NCBI GenBank assembly: GCA_030390025.1
Contig: CM059433.1
Location: 6,200,001-6,264,000, forward strand
Direction: 5' to 3'
Source of the DNA: Squalus acanthias
Taxonomy: Eukaryota
Length of the DNA stretch: 64,000 nt
Under the pieces are notes generated by a model. It had not been told where the DNA came from. It did no database searches and saw only the letters and a program-made list of their open reading frames with translations. The position numbers and the translations under genes were made by a program. Of the stretch, positions 1 through 12,837 are shown in pieces; within the stretch, counting starts at the first letter, position 1, and each line of letters opens with the position of its first letter.

Positions 1-1350
1 AGCTCTGCAGTCCTGCCACATCCAGTCGTGAATGATGGTGGACAATTAAACAACTAACTGGAGGAGGAGGCTCCATTAACATCCCCATCCTCCGTGATGG
101 CGGAGCCCAGCACACGAGTACAGCAGACAAGGCTGAAGCGTTTGCAAACATCTTCAGCCAGAAGTGCCAAGTGGATGATCCTGCTCGCCCTGCGGTCCCC
201 ACCATCACAGAAGCCAGTCTTCAGCCAATTCGATTTACTCCACGTGATATCAAGAAACGGCTGAGCGCACTGTATACAGCAAAGGCTATGGGCCCCAACA
301 ACATCCCGGATGTCGAACTGCAGACTTGTGCTCTAGAACTAACTGTGCCTCCAGCTAAGCTGTTCCAGTACAGCTATAGCACTGCCATCTATCAGACAAT
401 GTGGAAAACTGCCCAGGTATGTCTTGTCCACAAAGAGCAGGACAAATCCAATCAGTCCAATTACCGCCCCATCAGTCTGCTCTCAATCATCAGCAAAGTG
501 ATGGAAGGTGTCATCGATAGTGCTATCAAGCGGCACTTCTCGCCAATAACCTGCTCGCTGATGCCCAGCTTGGGTTCTGCCAGGACCACTCGGCTCCAGA
601 CCTCATTACAGCCTTAGTCCAAACATGGACAAAAGAGCTGAATTCCAGAGGTGAGGTGAGAGTGCCTGCCCTAGACATCAAGGCAGCATTTGACTGAGTG
701 TGGCATCAAGGAGCCCTAGTAAAATTGAAGTCGATGGGAATCGGGGGAAACTCTCCACTGGCTGAAGTCCTACCTAGCACAAAGGAAGATGGTTGTTGGA
801 AGTCAATCATCTCAGCCCCAGGGCATCGCTGCAGGAGTTCCTCAGGGCAGTGTCCTAGGCCCAACCATCTTCAGTTGCTCCATCAATGACCTTCCCTCCA
901 TCATAAGGTCAAAAGTGGAGATGTTCGCTGATGACCACACAGTGTTCATTCGCAACTCCTCAGATAATGAAGCAGTCCATGCCCCAGGCAACCAGACCTG
1001 GACAACATTCAGGCTTGGACTGATAAGTGACAAGTAACATTCGCTCCACAAGTGCCAGGCAATGACTATCTCCAACAAGAGAGTGTCTAACCACCGCACC
1101 TTGACATTCAACACCACCTCCAAGTTCCCCTCCAAGTCTCACACCATGCTGACTTGGAAATATATCGCCGTTCCTTCATCATCGCTGGGTCAAAATCCTG
1201 GAACTCCCTAACAGCACTGTGGGAGTACCTTCACTACATGGACTGCAGCGGTTCAAGAAGGCGGCTCATCACCACCTTCTCGAGGGCAATTAGGGATAGG
1301 CAATAAATGCTGGCCTTGCCAGCGACACCCTCATCCCATGAATGAATAGG
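1..1350 (+). mobile_element. Decayed CR1/L2-group LINE, RT region to 3' tail, with internal deletion near 1110
   Basis: YRPISLLS, GVPQGSVLGP and FADD motifs in broken frames; tail CCCATGAATGAAT; homologous to the copy at 45035-47552. Confidence 0.9.
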
Positions 1351-1614
1351 GAAAAAAATCCCACTTTAGTGTTTCTAGCATTTCCTTACATGCCTACTGG
1401 ATAGAAGAGGGCAACCTGACCGCAATTTGGATCTGTGACAGTGGCTGATATTTTTTTTCTCCATCCATAGCCTGAGGATACTGCCACTAATTATAGCATC
1501 TCCACTACTATCCTTGCTGAATCAGCACTGATGAACTTTTGAACTTGGCACCTTGCCTTGCTGTGGGTGCCTCCATACAGTGCAGTTATTAGGAGACTTC
1601 ACTCAATATTTTAA

Positions 1615-1793
1615 GTGGCCATGATGTGGAGATGCCGGTGTTGGACTGGGGTGGACAAAAGTGAGAAGTCGCACAACACCAGGTTATAGTCCAACAGCTT
1701 TATTTGAAATCTCAAGCTTTTGGAGCGCTGCTCCGAAAGCTTGTGATTTCAAATAAAGCTGTTGGACTATAACCTGGTGTGCGACTTCTCACA
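1615..1793 (-). mobile_element. Penelope-terminus fold-back mini-element with 12-bp TSD
   Basis: Homologous to 51795-51870 and to the ORF leader at 48778-48802; arms 1661-1726 and 1730-1792; TCAATATTTTAA at 1603-1614 and 1794-1805. Confidence 0.85.
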
Positions 1794-2711
1794 TCAATAT
1801 TTTAAAGAATAGAGAAATGCTCCAGTATGTGCTTCAAATGCTGCATCGCAAAGAATGTGGATAGAGCACTTCCATCAATACCCATAGTAATGTTGCTGGT
1901 ACCAAGCAAGCTTAGGCACCTCATATTTGAAGGGCAGATCACCCAATGCAAATTGACATAGCAGTTTTTGCAGAGACTTGGGAACAAATCAGCTTTAAGG
2001 AGGAGAAGGAAAAGGCATTCTAATGGATGGGAAAATATTGAATTATCAATGGCTGAGTGAGTTTACAGGTTCGATACCTAACTTTTACTAATCTAAGCCT
2101 AGATGAAGGTATGGATGTTGCAATCAGGGCAGCACCTTGGATTAGTCAGTAGAAAATTGGTGAGGATTCCCATTTCTGATTGCTATCCCTCGAGTACTGC
2201 AACAAGTACACGTGTATGGGAGTCGGGTGAAGAGGAATGGGCTTAGCTTTGCATGGGAGCTTGCCAGCATTCACTATCAAGGCATACATCTGTATAATGA
2301 TCATTTGGGTGAGGTACCAGAGCTTGAGTTCTGACCCTACAGCCATAGCCCAGTGTCAACACCTTTGGGAGAAAAGGAAATAAATAGGCAATGAGGAAAT
2401 AAAGGAAAGCATATAGTGGTTTTTTTTTTTTGAAGTACTCATTGTTTTAAGATATGTTTGTATTTGTGAGTAAAACTTTAATATTTAGAGTTTTTAAATG
2501 AGGCATACCTTTTTAGAAAGTTGTTTGTTTTCTCCCTTACCTCATTCCACCCCCAAATCACGATGAAGCTTGTCATAGGTCGTAAATGAAACCTATTCTT
2601 GTACCTCTCCAGATTGAGTAGTTTTTGCTGCTACTCTGGATAACTGGGAGCAAATGCTGATTTTAGTTGGGGGTTTATGATCTAACAATCAACATTTCAA
2701 TTTAAATATAG

Positions 2712-2838
2712 ACTTTGGGGCCTGCACCCCGTTGGTGTTCATTCCTGGATAATTTAACTGAAGAATTGGAAGAAAACCCAGAAACTACAGTGTATGATGA
2801 TTATAAATTTGTCACCAGAAAGGATCTTGAAAACCTGG
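2712..2838 (+). CDS. NOL10: Nucleolar protein 10, internal coding exon ([43 protein letters not shown])
   Basis: AG at 2710-2711, GTAAG at 2839; translation matches recalled NOL10/Enp2 sequence; 127 bp, phase-1 end fits the next exon. Confidence 0.95.
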
Positions 2839-3624
2839 GTAAGTTATATTACGGATTCAATTTTATGTTTGGCGAGGGTGGCTAATTGATTTGTGAAATT
2901 ATTTACATGGAACAGCAAATAACTTTTTTTTAAAGAAGCTTGTACTTTGCAATATCTATTCAGGTCTTTGGATAGCCCAGACTACATTTTCAGGTTACCA
3001 GTGGTCCAAACTTCAGCCATGGCTCTTTGAACCAAAAACTTGGTGTTTATTTCAGTAAAATCTGGTTAACCCATATCCAATCCTGAATTTTGCCTAGTAT
3101 GTACTACTTGGGTTACACTGATTGATCAGATGGAAAATGTCAAATATTTCAAACAAATGAATTATAGTTAGCATTGCTACGTAGATATTCCTAGGAAGTT
3201 TATTGAGTCAGTTTTATATTGCCTTTTTTCCCCAATGTATTACACTTGGGTTAATTACCTTTCTTGAGCAGTAATATATATCCATGTCTGATATCAGTGC
3301 ATTTCTTTAGTGCCATTTACCTGTTACTTTTTGTATATCACACTGTTGTTGCAGTGCTTTTTCCATTTAACTTTTCAATGTACAGTATTGTCTGGATGTT
3401 CATGATGCCTTGATCATAACTGCCTTTACTCTTTGATTCAAGGCCATCCTCTTGAGGATATTTTGAATAAAATGACTGCTATTTGTAAATATAAATGTGG
3501 TTACAGAAGGATTTCCAGAAAAGAATCCAACTATTGTATTCTGCAGTTGTTGAGGATTAAAAACCTATTGGTCTGAAAATCTCCAATTACACTACTATAC
3601 CATTCTATATCTTAACAGCAAGTA

Positions 3625-4330
3625 CTTATTTGAGGGATGTTACTGTAGAAAAATGGGGTGGGGGGGGGGGCAAAGAATGGATGCTGAGCCATGGTGAGAT
3701 GGTTAAATGGTTGAGTGAAAACTTGCTGAAAAGATGTGTTTGAAGAATGCTTTTAAAGGAGGACAGAAAAGTAAAGGCAGAGATTTTCAGGAACAAAGTT
3801 CCATAGAGTTTGGAGGGCGTGCCACAAATGGTGGGAAGAGGGGATGCACAGAGGCCAGATTTGGAGAGCCAAAGGAGTAGATGTGGTTCTAAAGTTGGAG
3901 GAGGTTGCAAACATGGGGTGAGGCAAGGCAATGGAGGGATCTGAAGATGAGGACAATGATGAGGATTTTAAATTCAGTGTGTTGGGAAGGACCAGGGGCC
4001 AGTATAGGTCAACACAATTAGGGGGCGTAGGTGAGCGCGACCAAGTGCGGGACAGGATGCATCTGATTGAGTTTAGACAGTTTGGAGTTGATGGTGGGTG
4101 GAGAATGAGAGGCCGGTAAGGAAGACATTGGAGAAATGAAGTCTGATGGTGTTGAAAGTCTGTATAATTGTCTCATTGAGGTGGCGCAGAGATGAAAGTG
4201 AAGGGTCTTGGTGATTGATGGGATTTGACAGTTGCAACTTGTCTCTCGTCTAACCGGACACTGAGGTTTTGCATGGCCTGATTCAGCTGCAGCGAGTGGC
4301 CTGGGAGGGGGCTAGAATCAGTAACAGGGC
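3625..4330 (-). mobile_element. Old L2-type LINE 3' fragment
   Basis: Diverged similarity to the L2 copy at 56295-57270. Confidence 0.65.
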
Positions 4331-4617
4331 AACAGAGCAGTTACCTAAATGTATTGTCCAGTATGCGGTAAGCGATGTGATGGCAGATAATTTGTGTGTG
4401 TGTGTGGGAGAGGGGGGCGGGTGACTGCATTGTTTTCTTGGGATATGAAAGGATTGAGTAAGGGATTCCAGTAATATTACAAGCTGCTGTATTTCCCTTC
4501 ACTTGGTTTTTATTTTGTAAACGGAGGTAGTGAACTTTTTGGGAGAATAGTAATAATTGTCAGAAATTTGATTGTATGTGAAAGCTGCACATAATTTTAT
4601 TATTGGTTGCAATATAT

Positions 4618-4822
4618 GGTGGTTAGGATCTGGAATGTACTGCCTGAGAGGGTGGTGGAGGCAGATTCAATCGTGGCTTTCAAAAGGGAATTGGATAAGT
4701 ACCCGAAGGAGAAAAATTTGCAGGGCTACGAGGAATGGGCAGGTGAGTGGGACTAGCTGAGGTGCTCTTGCAGAGAGCCGGCATGGCCTCCTTCTGTGCT
4801 GTGCCCGTTCTATGATTCTATA
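4618..4822 (+). mobile_element. CR1 LINE 3' end fragment
   Basis: End of RT ORF plus GGCCTCCTTCTGTGCTGT...TTCTATGATTCTAT tail. Confidence 0.8.
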
Positions 4823-4873
4823 TTTTTCGCAAAAATTTGTAAGTGTACTTATGTGCTCGACCTTTTCTTGTAG

Positions 4874-4953
4874 GTCTTGTTCATCTTATTGGCTCTCCAC
4901 TGCTTCGTGCATACATGCATGGCTTCTTCATGGACATTCGACTATATCACAAG
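4874..4953 (+). CDS. NOL10: NOL10 coding exon (G-LVHLIGSPLLRAYMHGFFMDIRLYHK)
   Basis: ttcttgTAG acceptor, GTATG donor; conserved LRAYMHGFFMD motif. Confidence 0.95.
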
Positions 4954-5219
4954 GTATGCAAGTGTGCTAGTACAGTTGCTTTCAGGGTTTGCTCCCCAAA
5001 TTTCTGTTTAAAGACTATACAATGCACAGTCCGTGTTTTTGGCCTTTCCAATACTAAATATATCCCTTTCGTACATAAAAATGACTACATTGCAAGTTTG
5101 TTTGTTTTTTAATCTATTTACTTCAACTCAAACCTATGTTGAGAGGGCCTATTGGAATATAAATTGTTGAGATTGTTTTCTAAAGAAGGTTACTAATTGT
5201 TATGTTGTGTAATTAAAAG

Positions 5220-5318
5220 GTGAAAGCTATGGCAAATCCATTTGCCTATGAGGAATACCGAAAAGATAAGATCAGGCAGAAGATAGAGGAAACACGTGCT
5301 CAAAGAGTCCAAGTAAAG
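5220..5318 (+). CDS. NOL10: NOL10 coding exon (VKAMANPFAYEEYRKDKIRQKIEETRAQRVQVK)
   Basis: AAG acceptor at 5217-5219, GTAAG donor at 5319; 99 bp in frame. Confidence 0.95.
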
Positions 5319-5346
5319 GTAAGAGGTCACTGCTCAGCTAGCATTA

Positions 5347-6168
5347 GGGCTGGATTTTGTCAATGGGAAGCTTTTGGAGGCGGGACTGCTGCTTTCAATC
5401 CCGCCTCCATCAGCTTCTGGCCAACCAGTGGGATTTTCCCCTGATTGACCTTGTTAAGCCTGCCCAGCGGGCTCAGTCGGCCAATTAGGGGAAGTCACTG
5501 ACAGAGCACGTCAACGTCTGACGTGCCATCTGTCAAGATTTTTTGAAAGAAGAAATGTCAGCGTTTGACAGCTCTGTGAAGCTGTCAAACGCTGACATTC
5601 TGTGTAGTTTGATGAGTCCTTGTGTTCAGGATTCATCAAACCTTTCAACTTGGCAGAAATCACCTGGCTGTTGGTTCGGAGGATCCAACAGCCAGCCTGT
5701 GAAATCTACAATGGAGATGTCGGGACTCCGGCTCCACGGCGGCTGAAGGCTGTAGGCAGAAACAAAGGTAAGTGAACATTTTCTAACACTTTACACTCAC
5801 CTTACATACTTACCACTCCACACTTGCACCCATCACTCACCTCTACATTGCACTTTCAGACCCCTCCGACCCCTGCAGACCTCCTACTCGGCTCCTCCAC
5901 CCTGGCGGGAAGCCTGCACATCGAAATGTAAAATGGGGATAATCCTATTTTCTGCCTGTTATAACTACCTGTTAACAGGCAGTTAATAGGCTTTAATCCC
6001 TTTCCCGCCTCGAGGAGACGGGACCCGGGGCAGGACGGCTTCCCGCCTCCTGGCAAGAGGGCACGGAGGCGGGATGGGGGCAGGTTTGCCACCCGCCCCC
6101 AAATTCTGCAACTTTACCGGCAGTCCCGCCTCCATACCCACCTCCTCGGGGCTGACAAAATCCAGCCC
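5347..6168. mobile_element. PIF/Harbinger-type MITE, 822 bp
   Basis: Perfect 16-bp TIR GGGCTGGATTTTGTCA / TGACAAAATCCAGCCC; TTA TSD at 5344-5346 and 6169-6171. Confidence 0.92.
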
Positions 6169-7131
6169 TTAGTGTTAATGGCATAACAAAGAAAATTGAT
6201 TTCTTTTCAAATTTGTTCTCGAGAAACTATGCACACTTAAGTGGTAGTGCTGAGTGATTTATGTTCACCATTTTAAAAACTCAAATTTACAGACTATTCT
6301 GTTCCTTTTTTAAAGTAACTGGTAAAATACCTTTCTCTCCCTTTTTCCCACTTTTTTTGTTTACATGATTCATTCTGGGGTTAACAGAAAATGTTTTAAG
6401 TTTTGAGTGTTCATTACTTCTCATATGATGTAAACGTGACACCATCTGCAATGAATTGTACAAATATAAATCTACTCAATAATGACATAGAAAATGTGAA
6501 GGTTCTTAAATTGGTCCTGGAGATCTGGAAGCCAGAATGTTTGATTTATTTTTAATCCCAATGCAATCTCAATTTGCCCTGCTCCATCCCAAGGTGGTAG
6601 TTTCTTGAATGATACTAGGTTTAATGATAGAGCTTCTTGGCCTTTCCCCTCCAAATATGGAACATTTATTTTTAATTATTGGTCTAGAAAGTGGTTTTGG
6701 ATATACTGCAAGTCTTGATTAGTACAAACTCAAATGAATCACAGCTGAAAACTGAAATGTTGATGTGTTTCTGGTCAATTTTGAATTTTCTCGAACTATC
6801 TATTGACGAATTATGTCATTTTAAAGTGACTCCGATGGCATGGTATCCAAAAACTCGCAACTACCTCTATTTGAATCTAAGGAATACTTTTGGAGAACAC
6901 AAAATTGTTTTTGTAACAATGCATTATGTGACAATCTAATTAATTCTGGATGCAGCATCACACTTGCATGAGGGTTTTGATAAATGTGCAAGTGTTCCCA
7001 AAAGTGCAGCTAACCGATCTATAAAATAGCAAGCGTTTGACAACGATGCAGTTAGATCCTTTGTTTTCTTTAATTTTGAGGCAGTGTATTAATTTGTATA
7101 ACAATCTCACTTTTAATAATCCTGTAAACAG

Positions 7132-7221
7132 AAACTGCCAAAGGTAAACAAAGAGCTAGCAATGAGGTTTATTGAAGAAGAGGAAGCAGAAGAGCAGGTA
7201 CAAAGGAAGAAGAAGGGAAAG
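7132..7221 (+). CDS. NOL10: NOL10 coding exon (KLPKVNKELAMRFIEEEEAEEQVQRKKKGK)
   Basis: CAG acceptor, GTAAC donor; KLPKVNKELA motif; 90 bp. Confidence 0.93.
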
Positions 7222-7569
7222 GTAACAAACTATTAATTCTTAAGTGTTTTGTTTAATGTGAAATTTTGTTGAAAAAGCTGACTTTTTGTTTTTTAAACTT
7301 TAGCAGCTATGCAAAATAGCCAGGAAGTTTCTGATCTTGGTACCTAATTTTCCACAGATTCTGTAGCCATGTTGAGTGTGAGGTATTTCATAAGTTTCTC
7401 AAGATTTTGTTCAATTGCTTTCTGCATATATAATTTTTTAATCTTTATTTATTTTCTTTTTTTATTGCACATGAACTTTTCATCTTACTGACCAGTTCTC
7501 AATTGACTGCTACTATGATTCTTCTACTTCAACCTGAATTTTACCAAATGTTAGGAAGAAAATTACACA

Positions 7570-7980
7570 GCTCTAGAAATTAGTTTGCACTCGGCTTCAA
7601 GTGCAAACCGAGCGGCAACCATGAACCGCTGTGCTGAAACTGATGCGCAAGAGGGCCATGCAAAATTGGTTCTCTTGCGTTATCTGGACGCGACCAGCGT
7701 GCTGGAGATGCCAGTCATGTCCTAAGAGTAAGTACGCCAGTCGTGAAGAAGTTAAAGATCGGCTCCCATCCCGGACCTACCGTGAATACTGCAGGGTGAA
7801 GTCAAGAGACGGGCAAGTGGTGGCCGGCAACGGCATGCAGTTTTAATGTTGAGCCAGGAAGAGCTCTCCTGGTTCCACATTCAGGTAAGTAAGTTTAAAA
7901 AAAATTGGTGGCAGACTCCAGTGGTCCCTTGTAAACAGTAGGACTGCTTGCCTCCCTCGTTTCAGGGGAATTTCCCTACA
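7570..7980. mobile_element. Harbinger-MITE-like remnant
   Basis: CpG-rich block sharing internal motifs (GAGCCAGGA...CTCCTGGTTCCACA, GTAAGT) with 41980-42060 and 25090-25180. Confidence 0.5.
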
Positions 7981-8204
7981 CTTTTGGTGAAAATGAGATG
8001 TCAGTACTTTGCACCATTGTGTTAGTGGACAACAGTACAGGCTGTTTTGCTTGCTGATAATTTGACTTGTAACTGTGGTGTTGAAGATTACAAGTAGTGT
8101 ATTTTATGTGCAGTTCAAATCAAAGGACACTTACAATTGGACATACCTGTTCACATCATATAAATGTGTTTTTTAATTCTTAAATGTGTGTGTAATGCCC
8201 CTCT

Positions 8205-8530
8205 GGCAGGTTAGTGGGCATTTGTGTTGCATTGTATATTATTAGACCATATAGACAAAGAAGGGCCCAAGTTCAATCTCTGGTCTATGCTGAGTTAGCT
8301 AATCTTGGCAGAGTGGTAGTAGGGTGCTCAGGCCAATTGCATTCTCTCTAGGCTGGGAAGGAAAGGGTAAAATATCAACCAAATTTCTACCCAGCGACCC
8401 GTATTTGAAAATTTGCATGCATGGGTGTGAAGAGGGGAGTTAGACTAATCTGTGATACTCCCAACAATTTGATAGCCTACCATTATTCCTTATCTAGATT
8501 CATACATGAAGACCCATCCACCATGCACAC
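8205..8530 (+). mobile_element. Old tRNA-derived SINE
   Basis: B-box-like AGTTCAATC; body similar to ~16715-17090, 32150-32425 and (minus strand) ~1370-1590. Confidence 0.6.
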
Positions 8531-9464
8531 ATTCAGACACACATTTAATTTTCTGAATTTTTTTCCTGTAAAATTCAACAATTTTTGGAATCATAGATTC
8601 TTGTCATGGAATTTGCAGCGGAAATGAAAATGAATTAATTATGTTATCTTTTTGTATGATGGTTTCCAGGCATTCACTCTGGTTCAAGTTAAAGTGCCAA
8701 TAACACTACATATTTCAAGCTGATTTTAAACTTTTGCATTTTACTATAGAGCTGTACTAAAATATGTCTAATGCAGATAATCCAGATAACACTATTATTA
8801 AGATCAGGTGAATGAAGACTTGCTGATCATACTCTACTCCATGATAAATTGATAAAGAATTGATAAATTGATAAAGAACTGGCAATTTTTTTTCTTTAGG
8901 AAGAGGACCTATCTTATTTTTTCATGATGTCACATGCAAAGGACATAATGTGTAGTTTCTACGCGTTCATCATTTGTTGCAAATAAGTGAAATGGTGTGA
9001 TTTAAGTTATCATTAAAATGGTGACCCATTAATATTCTGAATCCCTTCAGTTGAGAATATTTAAAATGGCATACTTGAAAACTGAAAGTTGTAAATTCTG
9101 TTTTATCAAAGGAAATAATGTGATGTTCAAAGTGATTGAAATATAATCTGCAGCTGGGTTAATCCTGTAATCATGTTGTACTTAGAGGAAAAAGGCACAT
9201 GATTTACAAGTTGGTGAAGAATCGTTATTTAGATTATTCAATGGCTGATGGATCCATCTAATATTACAAATCCTAAATTAAAAGTGTATGATCTCGGCAT
9301 ATTTGAAATTTCTAAATCATATTCACACTGACTTGGTGTTCGCTAAAGAATTCTGATTTTACATGTTTCAATCCTTTGATTCCCATGATTTATGTGTGAA
9401 CAAAATAAATCAACTCTTGGTGCTACCCACCAGTTTTTATAATAAGTAATATTTGTATGTTAGA

Positions 9465-9805
9465 ATGTTGTGGGTTCAGAACTTGATGCTCCAGTGCATG
9501 CTGCGGGATTGTTGCATTGTTGGAAGTGCAGTCCTTTTGGATGAGATATGAAACAGACGATATGGGTTCAGGTAGATGTTAAAGATCCTGTGGTACTATT
9601 TGGAAAAAGAGCAGGTTGTTCAATGTGACCTGACTAACATTCCACCCTCAACCAACACCACCACAAGTAGATTAACTGGTCATTTATTTCATTTCTGTTG
9701 ATAGAATATTGCTGTGCACTTTTGCAATAATCTCACCACTTCTAAGTCATTCTTTGTACGTGTGACCCTTTTGAAATGTGATAATGTGCTGTGTAAATGA
9801 AAGTT
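9465..9805 (+). mobile_element. Deu-domain SINE (SacSINE1-like)
   Basis: GGATGAGA...TTAAAGATCCTGTGG...GATTAACTGGTCATT core shared with 15610-15960; L2-like tail. Confidence 0.7.
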
Positions 9806-10473
9806 TCTTTTCTCTTTTTCATATGTCTTGCCACTTGCCAATGTATTGGACTGTTTCTCATAAGGTGTAAATCAAGCTACTTCAAGGTTGTGATCAAAAA
9901 TGCTAATTCAAAACTCTCAAATCATAGAACTCCCCTGATTTTACTCAGTGTGCCATCAAGAAATCTCAAAGCAACTGAACACCAGCCTATTTATTTTCCT
10001 ATGTTCACAATATTTTTGACTAATTGGGCAAACTCCAGTTCATGGCTAAATACTGCATATAATGCGTTTAATTTTGACCCTATTTAAATCATTCATTTTA
10101 TCTCCATATGGTTCTTTTTCTGTAGTTTTTGGTCTGTACTTTTTTACTTTTATTTTTAATTTTCTCAGCTCAGTGCAAAAAATATGGTAAATAAGTCAGA
10201 ATTGTGCTTTTACAGAGAAAGGAAATTCTAACTGAAACCTCTTAAGTTTATGTACTGCTCCACTTGGTCTCTGGTCATGCCTCTTCTTTCTCTTTCCCCC
10301 CCTCGCCCTCCCAGTTTGACTGACGTTGCATGAAGAAGTCACACTGTGTTCTTTAGGAAATTCTTGGTTTGTTTTGAAGCCAGTCCAAGGTACATGGGCA
10401 TTATGAACAGATTTTCCATTGTAATAAAAATAGCTTGATCACAGTGGAAGATACAAGTCTTCTGAAAGAAATA

Positions 10474-10880
10474 ACAAACTTGCATTTATATTACAACTTG
10501 TCACATCCTCAGGGCATCCCAAATTGCTTCAGAACCAATTAAGTGTAGTCACTATTGTTAGGTAAGTGTTCAGCCAGTTTGTGCGCAGCAAGATTCCACA
10601 TACAACAAGTAAAATGAATTACTAATGAATCTATCTTTTTGTTAATGTTGATTGAGCAAATATTGGTCAGGACATAGGGAGACCTCCCTGCTCTCCTTTG
10701 AATAGTGCAATTGGATTTTTCTGTACAGATAGAGGAGGCGCTTTAACAGCACATCCAAAAGAGAGTACTCCAACAATACAACACTCCCTCAGTATAGCAC
10801 ATAAGTGCCAGCACAGATTATGTTCTCAAATCCTAGGTGGGGCCTCTGATTCAAGCAAATGTGCTAAGAACTGAGCCAAG
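10474..10880 (-). mobile_element. Deu-domain SINE (SacSINE1-like), minus strand
   Basis: ACAAACTTGCATTTATA tail on +; reverse-complement body similar to 15097-15965. Confidence 0.7.
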
Positions 10881-11711
10881 GAGCATGAGACACAAGTTTC
10901 TTAATAACAATTAACTGCTTAGTCATCCTTTTATTATAGGAGTTTAATAATACTTTCAAATATAAGCAGTTCTGGATGTTCACTGATCTGAAACAATATT
11001 GTTCAGTTAGTTGATCTGCAATTAATCTGAATAAGTATGGTATCTTTGTTTTTTCCCCCCCTACATTCCAAAGTTCTCCAGACACAAGAGTAAGCCAAAG
11101 GAGCAGTCCAGGGTTACTCCTAAAGTATGTGGAAGGCTCTTCCATTTGGAAGAATGAAAACAACTTTACTCTAATCCTGTTGAGTACTGAATTTCAGTAC
11201 TGTAGTAACTTTCAAAATTCACACCTGGGTTTTTAAACCAAACAGGTTTTTCTTTGAATGTTGGATTTGAAGGGATATGTGAAACCATGGACTATTTCTG
11301 TGTGCACCGTATCCTCTAAATAAAATACCAAAACTTTGGCAACTGGCTGGTGCATTAACATGATGCACCATAGATTGATGGGATGTTGATTCATCTCTGA
11401 TTTTGCACATGTTGAGTTCCTGATTTCAGCTAAACCATCTGTGGGAAACAAGGCTATCTGGCCAGCAAAGGTGAGGCATCTCTAGATTAAGGGAACAGGA
11501 AATTGGAGAAGTAAGTTAATCTGAACTGCCCCAAGAGCACCATTTCAAAACTGACTAATAAAGGTGTAAAACAGCATGGGGAATTTTAAATTTGTTTTCT
11601 AAGCAAAACAGACACACACATTTGGCCTATTACACTCATAATTATTTGCTCTGTCATGACTTACAAATAAAAAGCAAGTAAAGATCTGGAGCCTTTTCTA
11701 TGTTTTGTCAG

Positions 11712-11885
11712 AGTCTACCCAACATTCTACGAGATGAGCGGTTCAAGGTCATGTTTGAAAATCCAGACTTTCAAGTGGATGAAGCCAGTGAAGAATTCAG
11801 GCTCATAAATCCAATTGTGTCCAAAGCCTCAGAAAAAAGGAAGAAAAAACTTAAGCAACTGCAAGAGCACGGAGAGACTGAACAG
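11712..11885 (+). CDS. NOL10: NOL10 coding exon with NUC153-type motif (SLPNILRDERFKVMFENPDFQVDE...ETEQ)
   Basis: tgttttgtCAG acceptor, GTAAC donor; DxRFKxMFENPDFQVD motif; 174 bp. Confidence 0.95.
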
Positions 11886-12837
11886 GTAACACTTTATTAA
11901 ACTGGCAGCAACATCTTAAGGTACAAAGCTCTAATAGCATTGGAAATAAATGAGAATATGTGATGTTTTAAATATGTTAAAGTTTTAAAATGCATTGTTG
12001 GTGATAACTGGGATAGAGGATTTGTCCTAGTGCATCCGCTAAAACAAAGCTTGGTCCATTTCTTTGAGAAACAAAGCCCCATAAGCTTGGACACCATAAA
12101 AGTTGAAAAGAGTAAAGTAGAAGATGGGTAGTGATTAGGTGAACTCAGCATTAGGTTTTTAAAAGCCCGAAGACTGTAGGAAGAGAGTGTGACGAATCAC
12201 GTGTTTCAGTCTCTCTTCTAATCATAAACCTCCATGTATTTAATATCTATATGTATAGGAAACTGCCAGTCACTTCAGATATTGGTTACTGTAAGTTATA
12301 TTCAGCTAAAATTACATAAGCTGCTGCAGATAAAATCTATGGCTTTCATCATCCGTTAAATAACAGAACATTCTTCCCAAGCAAATACATTTTGTTTGCA
12401 AAACTTGTTAAACATACTTGAATGTACAACGACTGGCTTTGTTCTGTAACTGGTTCACTAAGACAAGAAGAATGTGCAGTCCAGGTGGCAGATGAATTTG
12501 GGTCTTGTACTTATTGGATGAACACTGCAGAGGGTACTCTCTGGAACTGCAAACATTCAGTGTGTGTTTTAAGTACATACGTGATTGCCAGCTTTATTTG
12601 ATTTTGAAAGATACATTTTTTGACTTCTGGTCAAACTTCAAAGGGTGCCGGGGTATATCTGGGGTAGCATTTACCCAGTTCACCAGTTCTTCTGAGGCCA
12701 TCAAGAGAAAAGCAAAAGGCTTCTTGAGGGCAAAGAAACTTTTAAAGTTATGATTAAGGGACGCAATCCCAGGTCCAGTATTAATAAGAGTACTGGCAAG
12801 TGTGGAGTCTGTTTACTTCCAGTGTTTGACGAGATAT

